Source: Faecalimonas sp.
Lineage (GTDB): Bacteria; Bacillota; Clostridia; Lachnospirales; Lachnospiraceae
NCBI GenBank assembly: GCA_045659705.1
Contig: JAZRCJ010000071.1
Span: 7,810-71,809, forward strand
Reading direction: 5' to 3'
Length of the DNA: 64,000 bases
The notes under the pieces are model-generated. The model was not told the origin of the DNA. It ran no database searches and saw nothing but the letters and a program-made list of their open reading frames with translations. Below, one piece after another: positions 20,798 to 29,324 of this stretch. Numbering within the stretch: position 1 is the stretch's first letter; every line of letters begins with the position of its first letter. The position numbers and the translations under genes are program-made.

Positions 20798-21976
20798 TTA
20801 AAACTCCAATTCATAAAGTGTTCCGATTTCTGGACAGATAAGGTCGCAACCTTCTTCTGTAACAGCGATACCTTTTTCCCATCTTACACCAAATGTGTCT
20901 GTTGAAATATATGTATCAATCTGGAATGTCATATTTGGCTGTAACAAGTAGTTAGAACTTGTTTCGCACCATGGTGCTTCTACTTCAATCATACCTGTTC
21001 CATGAAGTGGTCCGTATACGAAGTTGTCTTTGTATCCGTTTTCTACATAGTAATCATAGAAGCCTTGTGCAATCTGTGCAGCAGGAACACCAGCTTTAAT
21101 CTGAGCCTGTGACCATCTGTGTGCTTCCAAACCGAACATTACAACGTCTCTTCTCTTTCCTTCCAACTTACCAAGCACGATTGGATATCCGATTGCTGCT
21201 GAATAACCATCAATCTTTGCAGAAAGGTTAAGCTGTACAATATCGCCTTTTTCAAACTTACGATGGCTTGAACGAGAGATCGCATGTCTTGTTGATGCTT
21301 CAGAGAATACATACATTGGAAGTCCTTCGTATTCTGCTCCATGTTCGTAAATAACTCTCTGTGCCACACCTACCATCTGAAGTTCAGTCATACCTGGTTG
21401 GATTTCTTTAATAACTTGCTGTGTTGCAAGTTCTGCAATACGGTATCCTTCTCTCAAACAGTTAATTTCGTTCACTGACTTAATTGAACGAAGTGTTACC
21501 ATGATGTGATCTGCTCTTACGATTTCTGCTTCTGGGAATGCAGCTTTGATACCTTCCATAATAACAACAGATGTATCAAGATAGCTTGCAACACCGATAC
21601 GAAGTTTCTTTCCTGTTACTCCGATTGCATTAAATACATCCTGGAATGTATCTGGTACAAGTTCTGGATATGCAGGGTCTGCACTTTCTCTGTATTCTTT
21701 TAAGATGAAAATCTTTTCAATCTTAGAACGATCTGCTGCAAAATGTACACTTTCCGGTCCTGCCATAAGTGCTGCTTCTCCACTTGCTGCGATTGCTACA
21801 CCACAACGTTCAAAAAGTGGCCAAAAGCCTGAGAAATAACGTGCATTTGCATAATCTGCTTCATTTGAGTTAACGATTAATGCATCTAACCCTTCCTGCT
21901 GAATTAATCTTGCTGCTCTTTGAATTCTTTCTTTGTACTCGTAATCTGGAATACGAATTGATCCATGTTCTGCCAT
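20798..21976 (-). CDS. M24 (pita-bread fold) family protein, Xaa-Pro peptidase/creatinase-like
   Basis: Creatinase-type N-domain (RYFSGF), RSIKSVNEI, PGMTE, HGTG, GVRWE. Confidence 0.85.
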   Translation of the reverse strand: MAEHGSIRIPDYEYKERIQRAARLIQQEGLDALIVNSNEADYANARYFSGFWPLFERCGVAIAASGEAALMAGPESVHFAADRSKIEKIFILKEYRESADPAYPELVPDTFQDVFNAIGVTGKKLRIGVASYLDTSVVIMEGIKAAFPEAEIVRADHIMVTLRSIKSVNEINCLREGYRIAELATQQVIKEIQPGMTELQMVGVAQRVIYEHGAEYEGLPMYVFSEASTRHAISRSSHRKFEKGDIVQLNLSAKIDGYSAAIGYPIVLGKLEGKRRDVVMFGLEAHRWSQAQIKAGVPAAQIAQGFYDYYVENGYKDNFVYGPLHGTGMIEVEAPWCETSSNYLLQPNMTFQIDTYISTDTFGVRWEKGIAVTEEGCDLICPEIGTLYELEF

Positions 21977-22014
21977 AATACTAATCTCCTTTTTCTTTGA
22001 AATATTATTTTTTA

Positions 22015-22380
22015 TTATTCATTACACGCATATCCTGGTGTCGTGTAAAATGCTACCGTTCTTGGTTCCGCTCTTCCGTACTGTGCTACTACTGGAACGT
22101 CACTCTCCAACATAATTGCATACTGCTCTTCAAAGTTCGCTGTATACTTTCCAAAATCTTTTTCTTCATTTGTGCGAAGGCAACGAACTCTTTCTGCCCC
22201 TACCGTTACACAAATATCTTTTACAGGTGGCTTGTCTGCATAGAACAAAGTAATCTGAATATGTGCATCTTCTTTACCTGTATTCGTAATGATGATGGAC
22301 TCATGACCCGGAATCTCATTTTCCCCTACCGGTGGCAATTCTGCATCCGGAAAAATCCATACTTTTTTACCGTAACCCAT
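22015..22380 (-). CDS. Anabaena sensory rhodopsin transducer (ASRT) family protein
   Basis: GKKVWIFPDAELPP...HESIIITNTGKEDAHIQITLFYADKPP...ESDVPVVAQYGR closely follows the ASRT pattern as I recall it. Confidence 0.88.
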   Translation of the reverse strand: MGYGKKVWIFPDAELPPVGENEIPGHESIIITNTGKEDAHIQITLFYADKPPVKDICVTVGAERVRCLRTNEEKDFGKYTANFEEQYAIMLESDVPVVAQYGRAEPRTVAFYTTPGYACNE

Positions 22381-22517
22381 TCTCTTTTTCTCCTTTCAGA
22401 AATGTTTTCCGTTACTCCTAAGAGCATCATAACACTCCTTCTTGTTTTTGTCTTGTCTTTTTCATACTATTTTTACAAAAAAATAGTAAAATATTATGAT
22501 TTTTCTTCTTTTTCTAT

Positions 22518-22559
22518 AAAAAAAGGCTTTGAAATAGTATTTTTATACTATTTCAAAGC
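22518..22559 (-). terminator. Intrinsic terminator after the acetyltransferase gene
   Basis: Perfect 15-bp stem GCTTTGAAATAGTAT-TTTT-ATACTATTTCAAAGC plus T-run. Confidence 0.8.
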
Positions 22560-22566
22560 TCGTTTT

Positions 22567-23169
22567 CTATTCCCATCCAGGGAAACCTTTTTTGTATTTG
22601 TCGTCATCTTCCGGTTTGATTTCTCGAATCACTTTACACGGATTTCCCGCTGCAAGTACGTTCGCCGGAAGGCTCTTTGTTACGATACTGCCTGCTGCGA
22701 CAACTGTGTTATCACCAATGCTGACACCACCCATTATCTTAACACCACCGCCAATCCATACATTGTTGCCAATGCGAATCGGCCAACCATATTCCATGCC
22801 AGAAAGGCGCATCTTAACATCAAATGGATGACCCGCTGCATATAGACCACAATCCGGTGCAATCCATACATTGTCGCCAATCTCAATTTTATTTCCCGCA
22901 AGTGCAACAAAGTTATAGTTTGCAAAGAAATTGTCACCAACAGAAATTCTCTCCCAAAAATCACCGTAAAACGGTTGTTCTATGACACAATTTTTTCCGA
23001 CCTTCCCGAAATTTTCTCGTATCATCTTGTCTCGTTCTTCCAATTGGCACGGACGAAGTTGGTTATAATCATAATTTAGTTCTTGGCTTTTTCTTCTTCC
23101 TTTATCCACTTCCGGGTCTAAATGAGCCTGATACAAAAGTCCCGCCTCTGCTTTTTGATATTCTGTCAT
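22567..23169 (-). CDS. Sugar O-acetyltransferase (Maa/LacA hexapeptide family)
   Basis: N-terminal Mac domain, YAAGHP, PIRIGNNVWIGGGV, AGNPCKVIR. Confidence 0.9.
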   Translation of the reverse strand: MTEYQKAEAGLLYQAHLDPEVDKGRRKSQELNYDYNQLRPCQLEERDKMIRENFGKVGKNCVIEQPFYGDFWERISVGDNFFANYNFVALAGNKIEIGDNVWIAPDCGLYAAGHPFDVKMRLSGMEYGWPIRIGNNVWIGGGVKIMGGVSIGDNTVVAAGSIVTKSLPANVLAAGNPCKVIREIKPEDDDKYKKGFPGWE

Positions 23170-23189
23170 ACTCTCTATTCCTTTTATCT

Positions 23190-24497
23190 TTATGATTGCT
23201 TCTGCAATGTTACCTTCACTTCTTTTTCTTGATATTCACCGTCTACCTGCGGAATTAACACTTTCAGCGTCACTGTCTCTCCAATTGCATAATACGCTAA
23301 TTCTTCTTTTAATTCTTCAATAGAATCAACACTTGTTCCATCTACCTTTGTAATAACGGTTCCTTTATTAAGTCCTGCTTTTTCTGCCGCACTACCTTCC
23401 ATAACAGTTCGGATAAATACGCCTTCTGGAACATTGTATACTTCTGACATATCAGCATCTACCGTTGTTCCTTCAATTCCAAGATATCCACGTCTTGCTT
23501 CTGCTACTTTTGTTCTTGTCTGACGATTCATTAACTGATCTAAGATGTCACTTACATCTGAAATCGGAATAGCATATCCCATGCCTTCTACCGCATCAGC
23601 ACTCACCTTTACTGTGTTGATACCAATCACATCTCCGTTTGCATTTAAGAGTGCGCCACCGCTATTTCCTGGGTTAATGGCTGCATTTGTCTGAATTAAT
23701 TTTGTATCAAAGCCTTCGATTTCTCTGCCCAACGCACTTACAATACCATTTGTCACAGACTGTCCATATCCAAGCGCGTTACCAATTGCAATGGTCGGTT
23801 CCCCTACTCGAAGATTATCAGAATCACCTAATGTAGCCACCTTAATCTTTTCTTTTGTCTTTGCCGAAATGTCTTTCATTGGCACCGAGATAATCGCCAA
23901 ATCAATCTTAGAATCGGTTCCTTTAATCTGTGCTGTCACACTGGATTCATCAATAAACGTAACTGTTAATGTTTTACTATTTTCTACTACATGGTTATTG
24001 GTTACAATTAATAGCTCATTATTATTCTGTCCGATAATGATACCCGAACCACTGCTTTGCTGCTCTTGTTCATAAGTCCCAAAGAACCAATCCTGTACTT
24101 GTTGCACGCTCATATTTGTAATAGACACAACAGACGGCATCACTTTCTCAGACACATCAGCCACATCTGATACAACAGTGGATACATTCGTATTCGTCTT
24201 TATGTCAGAAGAAGATTCCACCTTTTCTCCTGTCACAATAGAATTTATTGCGTTGAGCCCTATCACTTCTTGCCATACATATGTGCTAACCTGATATACA
24301 GAACTTGCAACAATTCCAAAAACAATAGCCATAGAAATACATAAGAGCCACTTTCTTCCTGTATGTTTTTTTTCTTTTTTCGGTCTTCTCGGTTCCCCAT
24401 AATCTGGTTCTCTTTGCTCAGACCCTCCACCTTGGGATGGCTGATATTGCTCCGGGTTATATTCATAATTTGTATGATTGTAATATTCGTTATCCAT
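23190..24497 (-). CDS. htrA: HtrA/DegP-like membrane serine protease with PDZ domain
   Basis: TM, TNNHVV, DLA, IQTNAAINPGNSGG, C-terminal PDZ. Confidence 0.92.
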   Translation of the reverse strand: MDNEYYNHTNYEYNPEQYQPSQGGGSEQREPDYGEPRRPKKEKKHTGRKWLLCISMAIVFGIVASSVYQVSTYVWQEVIGLNAINSIVTGEKVESSSDIKTNTNVSTVVSDVADVSEKVMPSVVSITNMSVQQVQDWFFGTYEQEQQSSGSGIIIGQNNNELLIVTNNHVVENSKTLTVTFIDESSVTAQIKGTDSKIDLAIISVPMKDISAKTKEKIKVATLGDSDNLRVGEPTIAIGNALGYGQSVTNGIVSALGREIEGFDTKLIQTNAAINPGNSGGALLNANGDVIGINTVKVSADAVEGMGYAIPISDVSDILDQLMNRQTRTKVAEARRGYLGIEGTTVDADMSEVYNVPEGVFIRTVMEGSAAEKAGLNKGTVITKVDGTSVDSIEELKEELAYYAIGETVTLKVLIPQVDGEYQEKEVKVTLQKQS

Positions 24498-24646
24498 AAG
24501 ATATTCTCCCTTCTTGTCGTAAACTATGTTTTTAGTCTAACAAAGAAATGTGTTAAAATTGTGTTTTTGACAAAAAAAATAAATTTGCATCTTAGAGTTT
24601 CCATAAAGCAAAAAAGCTAGGCTCTAAAACAAATATTGGGGTGCTT

Positions 24647-24713
24647 AAGCCCATGCATAAAAAGATTTCAGATTGCTATGCAGTAGTCCGAAATCCTTTT
24701 CTTATGCTGGCTT
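24647..24713. repeat. Long imperfect intergenic palindrome (REP-like or structured RNA)
   Basis: AAGCC..GCATAA-AAAGATTTC-AGATTGCT-ATGC-AGTAGTCC-GAAATCCTTTT-CTTATGC..GGCTT. Confidence 0.5.
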
Positions 24714-24836
24714 CATCTTTTGCGTTTTCTAATATCTTGCTTTTCAAGAAGTCATTCCATTTGTCAAAAACAACTCGCAACCAAGATTTCAGCCCATATG
24801 ATACGTAAGAAACCATTGAAAGATTGCAGATGCATC

Positions 24837-24868
24837 AAAAAAGCTACCGCAAATAGCGATAGCTTTTT
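24837..24868 (-). terminator. Intrinsic terminator after the 494-aa gene
   Basis: AAAAAGCTACCGC-AAATA-GCGATAGCTTTTT. Confidence 0.75.
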
Positions 24869-24871
24869 CCA

Positions 24872-26356
24872 CTAGTCATCTAAATCAATTAAATCAAAAT
24901 CAAAGTCTTCAAAGAAAGAGTCATCTTTTTTCATCGTCGTACTTCTTTTTTCTTCTTCAAAAGATTCTTCCAATTTTTCTTGGAATTTCAAATCGAAATC
25001 ATCTTCTTCATCTTCTTCGTATGCAAGTTCGTCCAACGAGATTTCCTGTTCTTCGTCTTCTGTTTCTTTCACTTCTACTTCTTCTACTTCCTCTTCGTCT
25101 TCCACTGGCAATACGTCTTCTTCGTCTTCGTAATCAAAGTCTTCTAATTCAATTCCTTCGTCCTCGTCATCCTTGTAACTCGGTTTCTTTTCTTCACGAA
25201 CTGCCACTGGTTCTTCGTCCAAATCAATTCCGTATTCATCATACAAATCGTCTAATTCTAAATTACGATTGTTTAATTTTACCCCTAATACAATGACTAA
25301 AACAAGGAAGAACAATAACAAGAATGCTCCAATCAAAAGCACGTATGTAAAATGACTATCTACATATGCTTTGATTTTTCCTATTGTAGAATTGTCCACT
25401 TCTTCCTCTTTCACTTCCGGCATCTTAAATCTCTGATATGTATTTTCTTCCACATCATACTGGTAAAGAGATGCCTGACCGTTATTGTTCACAGCATACA
25501 AAATGTATTTTGACATTTCTTCCATATGTTGCCATGCAGGGAAATCATAATTGTTAACAGTAATGCTAACTTCTGCATATTCTTCCGGCATAACCACCTG
25601 TGATGCATCTGCCAACAATACAATCTTGGCTGACGAAGAAATCTCAATCTGTTCAAACGGTGTAAAATCACTTGTTTCCACATTTAAAACATAAAAATCG
25701 CCATTGCCATCAGCATCTACCAAGTAACCAAGATACATACCTGTCGTTGCTTGTTTTGCAAACTTTCTGTTGGCTCCTGCATACTCAATGGTTGTCTCTT
25801 CAAATCCCTCTGGAATATCTTCGGATTTAAATGCAGAAGACAATGTATATTCTACGGAATTCACTGTCACTACCACATCATCTGCTGACGGTTCCGGAGC
25901 CGGTGTCTGTACCACTTCTGTTCCTTTTGCAATCGTAATTGTAGATGTACCAGTTGTACACTGCAAAGTCTCACCTGTTGCCAATGCTGCTGTGTATTCT
26001 GAAACTTCAAGTTTTGTTGTACCTTCTTTTACTGCTGTAAATTGTATCTTAAAACGAAGTGCCGCCGCATCTCCCTTTCCTGAGTAAGAAAGATTACCCA
26101 TGGATACTTCCTGAACTCCATCGCCACTCTTAAATGCCATCATCGTTGTGTCATATTTAATATTTACTTTCACATCTCCTACTGCCACACCATTATCTGA
26201 CTTGACAGCACAGGTGACTTCCACTGTCTCTCCTGTTTTTGTGGATGGATCTGTAAACTGTATCTTTCCACTTGCTGCACGTGAAACAATTGAAATACAC
26301 GGTACGATTAAACAAACCGCTAACATCAATGTCACAATCTTTTTCATTGTCTTCAT
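24872..26356 (-). CDS. Membrane-anchored protein with cohesin-like N-terminal domain and very acidic cytoplasmic tail
   Basis: Signal peptide, cohesin-like pattern (GETVEVT, IKYDTT, IQFTAVKEGTTKL), TM near aa 340-360, D/E-rich tail. Confidence 0.6.
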   Translation of the reverse strand: MKTMKKIVTLMLAVCLIVPCISIVSRAASGKIQFTDPSTKTGETVEVTCAVKSDNGVAVGDVKVNIKYDTTMMAFKSGDGVQEVSMGNLSYSGKGDAAALRFKIQFTAVKEGTTKLEVSEYTAALATGETLQCTTGTSTITIAKGTEVVQTPAPEPSADDVVVTVNSVEYTLSSAFKSEDIPEGFEETTIEYAGANRKFAKQATTGMYLGYLVDADGNGDFYVLNVETSDFTPFEQIEISSSAKIVLLADASQVVMPEEYAEVSITVNNYDFPAWQHMEEMSKYILYAVNNNGQASLYQYDVEENTYQRFKMPEVKEEEVDNSTIGKIKAYVDSHFTYVLLIGAFLLLFFLVLVIVLGVKLNNRNLELDDLYDEYGIDLDEEPVAVREEKKPSYKDDEDEGIELEDFDYEDEEDVLPVEDEEEVEEVEVKETEDEEQEISLDELAYEEDEEDDFDLKFQEKLEESFEEEKRSTTMKKDDSFFEDFDFDLIDLDD

Positions 26357-26456
26357 ACTCTTTCCTCTTTTCCCGATTTCAAATTCGTTCTTCGTTATCT
26401 GTCAAAAATTGACATCTCCCATTTATATTACACTTTTTTTGCATAATTGTCTAGTG

Positions 26457-27536
26457 CTATGGCGTATAATCTGCCCTCGTATATCCGGTGCTTTGTTCAA
26501 CAGCTCCAGCTATGGTTTTTACTGTATCTGAAACAATATAATTTTCTTTCGCATACAAAAATGCATGTAATTCTTGCACATTTTCCACCACACCTAACGG
26601 AACTATAACACTACCTGCGGATGCTGTCCTTCCGTCTATCTTTTCAAATGGAAAACCTTTTGACTCGCCTATATGATATCTTGTAGCACCGGAAGCCATC
26701 TTCACAAAATCCGCCATAGATAAGCTAGTTGATATCTTAGGAAATACTTCATTTATAATCTTATTCAATGTAGAAAATCCTGCTTTTTTTGCTTTTTTAG
26801 CTACTTGTTCAAGTACTTCTCTTTGCCTGTCAACTCGCTTGTAATCGCCACCTACATTCTTTCTGATTCTTGAATAGGTTACCGCCTGTACGCCATCTAA
26901 CACACTAGTTCCTGCCGCAATCTGGTTGCCCGGTTTTCCAACTACCTTGGCCGTTTCCTTTATATATTTGTTCATCTGCACAGCCTCTGCATCCGAAACT
27001 TCTACCTCAATACCACCGAGCAAGTCTACCACATCTGCCAATGCCGAAAAATTCACAGTCACATATCCTTGAATATTTAAATCAAAATTTTTATTTAGCA
27101 TATTTACGGCGTTTTTCGGACCACCTACAAAATATGCGTTGTTCGCTTTTTTTAGGTTGCCGTCCGTCTGTTGTGTCAACGTATCACGATAAACCGAAAC
27201 CATCTTTACCTCTTTTGTTTTATCATTGATAGACACTACAATGATGGTATCCGAATGGGTTCCTTCCTCCAGCACACCCTGTCTTGAATCACCGCCAAAC
27301 AACGCTAATGTTGTATATCCCTTGGTATCCACGCCTTCGTTTACCTGTATCTCCCCATCTGCAAATGCCTGGAACTGCATTTTGTTATACTTAAGCGTCA
27401 TATAAGTAGCGCCTAAAAGAATGACAAAAACAAGAATTTCAAAAATCAAAAAAGCTGCTCTTCTTGCTTTTCTCTTTTTCCTTTTTCGCTCTATTTTGCG
27501 TTCCTTAATGTCGCGTATTCCTCGATTTTTTGCCAC
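26457..27536 (-). CDS. LCP (LytR-CpsA-Psr) family protein
   Basis: LFGGDSR, HSDTII, VSVYRDT, LDGVQAVTYSRIR, DYKRVDRQR; probable GTG start at 27536. Confidence 0.92.
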   Translation of the reverse strand: MAKNRGIRDIKERKIERKRKKRKARRAAFLIFEILVFVILLGATYMTLKYNKMQFQAFADGEIQVNEGVDTKGYTTLALFGGDSRQGVLEEGTHSDTIIVVSINDKTKEVKMVSVYRDTLTQQTDGNLKKANNAYFVGGPKNAVNMLNKNFDLNIQGYVTVNFSALADVVDLLGGIEVEVSDAEAVQMNKYIKETAKVVGKPGNQIAAGTSVLDGVQAVTYSRIRKNVGGDYKRVDRQREVLEQVAKKAKKAGFSTLNKIINEVFPKISTSLSMADFVKMASGATRYHIGESKGFPFEKIDGRTASAGSVIVPLGVVENVQELHAFLYAKENYIVSDTVKTIAGAVEQSTGYTRADYTP

Positions 27537-27599
27537 TTGCTTTTCTCCCCTCTCTAACGTCAAATCGGAGTAAGATACTCTCACTCCGATTTTGTTTTC

Positions 27600-29258
27600 T
27601 TATGACTCTGTTTTGGTTCCACTTTCACCAGATCCACCAGTATTACCACCTGGATTATTTCCGCTTTCCGTATCTTCTCCGGTATTGCCACCTGGGTTCT
27701 GACCTTCGCCTTCACTGTCTTCTGGCGGAGTCGTTGCCGGAATTTCGTGACCTATTTCAACTTTTACACCGCAGTCTTTACAATACTTATCTCCTGTATA
27801 TCCTGCTGCCGTTGTAGTTGGTTCCTTTGCGTCTCTTATTTCTATATTATTACCATGAATATTCGCATCTTTTTGTCCATAAACAATGCCGCATGTGGTA
27901 CAGATTGCACCGGAACTACACGTCGCCTGTCCGCCACCGTGTGCTCCATATCCATTCTTCAATGTGTTATCCGTTACATCGCAGTCTGTCACCGTACATT
28001 CATGCCAATGATGTGTATCACTTCCCGCCCAAGATGTTGACCATTTATGGGTATGCTTAGTTGTCGGTTTTTTTACATCTTCCTCAGGCTCATCGTCCTT
28101 CTTTGGCGTTTCCTTTTCCACATCGTCTACCGTATATTTATTCGGATCATACTTTGTCTCTGGGTCCGGCGTTCTCTGTCCAACCAAGTACTGAATATTG
28201 CCGCTGATTGTATTTACCTTGCTAGAAGGTTTGTAATCTGTTGTTGCAAACAAGAATTCATGAAGCTTAGTCACATTTGATGCCAACGTAATCGGAATAA
28301 CGCAACTTCCCTTTCCAGAAATAGTTCCGCTGGATTTATCAAATGGAAATCCTTTTGTCTCACCGATTTTGTATTTTGCCAATCCTGCACCGTAAGACAA
28401 GATTTCCTTTTTAGTAAAGTTCGTATATATCTTCGGCAATACTTTATCTACAATTTTATTCAACGTGGTTAAGTTTGACTTGAGTGCCTTTTCTATCGCC
28501 TTTTGAATAATTAGTCTTTGGCGCTCTGTTCTCGCATAGTCGTCACCCACACCTTTACGGATTCGTCCGTAAGTAGTTGCCTGTACACCATCCAAAGTAA
28601 GAAGTCCACCACCATTTAAATAGTTAGCCTTCTTTTTTGCCACTCTCGCAGTCTCTCCGACAAACTTATTGACCGCTCTTGCTTCCGCATCAGAAACTTG
28701 CACCTGAATACCGCCAAGTAAATCTATCACATCAGATACTGCTGTAAAGTCAACTGTTACAAACTTCTGTATGTTAAGGTCTAAATTCATATTCAGCATA
28801 CTGACTGCTTGTTTTGCACCGCCATAACTATATGCCGAATTACATTTTTGAAGTTTTCCATCCGTCAAGTCAAGTAGCGTATCTCGATACACAGATACCA
28901 TCTTCACTTCGCCAGTTTCATTATTCAAACTTACAATAATGATACCGTCTGAACGAACACCTTTATCCAACTGTCCCGTTCTAGAATCACCGGCAAACAA
29001 AGCGAAAGTTGTATACCCCTCTCCCAACGAAGCATCCAATTCTTCATTGACGATAATGTCATTCTCATCAAAATCTGCCGTCTGAATTTTATTGAATTTA
29101 CTTATCACGAAAATTCCTACTATAAGAAGTAATAGCAATACTGCTCCCCCAACATATATTGCGATTTTTTTCTTTTTACTCAGTCCTTTAAACCATGTCA
29201 CAAAGCGATTCGGTTTTCTACGTCCACGATGAACTTTTCGTTTTCTTCTGTCTTTCAT
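27600..29258 (-). CDS. LCP family protein with C-terminal His/Cys-rich extension
   Basis: GDSR, RSDGII, SVYRDT, DDYARTERQR; tail with HxH, HWHEC and CxxCG motifs. Confidence 0.9.
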   Translation of the reverse strand: MKDRRKRKVHRGRRKPNRFVTWFKGLSKKKKIAIYVGGAVLLLLLIVGIFVISKFNKIQTADFDENDIIVNEELDASLGEGYTTFALFAGDSRTGQLDKGVRSDGIIIVSLNNETGEVKMVSVYRDTLLDLTDGKLQKCNSAYSYGGAKQAVSMLNMNLDLNIQKFVTVDFTAVSDVIDLLGGIQVQVSDAEARAVNKFVGETARVAKKKANYLNGGGLLTLDGVQATTYGRIRKGVGDDYARTERQRLIIQKAIEKALKSNLTTLNKIVDKVLPKIYTNFTKKEILSYGAGLAKYKIGETKGFPFDKSSGTISGKGSCVIPITLASNVTKLHEFLFATTDYKPSSKVNTISGNIQYLVGQRTPDPETKYDPNKYTVDDVEKETPKKDDEPEEDVKKPTTKHTHKWSTSWAGSDTHHWHECTVTDCDVTDNTLKNGYGAHGGGQATCSSGAICTTCGIVYGQKDANIHGNNIEIRDAKEPTTTAAGYTGDKYCKDCGVKVEIGHEIPATTPPEDSEGEGQNPGGNTGEDTESGNNPGGNTGGSGESGTKTES

Positions 29259-29324
29259 AATTTACCCCTTTTTAATGGTTCTGTTTTCGCTACAATCATA
29301 CACCATATGATGGATTTCTTCAAG

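Noticed and set aside
22015-22380. Light-sensing system implied by the ASRT name
   Set aside because: No rhodopsin or retinal-synthesis genes in the window; the context is catabolic
21997-22845. 282-aa plus-strand ORF
   Set aside because: Antisense to the well-supported ASRT and acetyltransferase genes, crosses a terminator, and has an implausible F/C-rich composition
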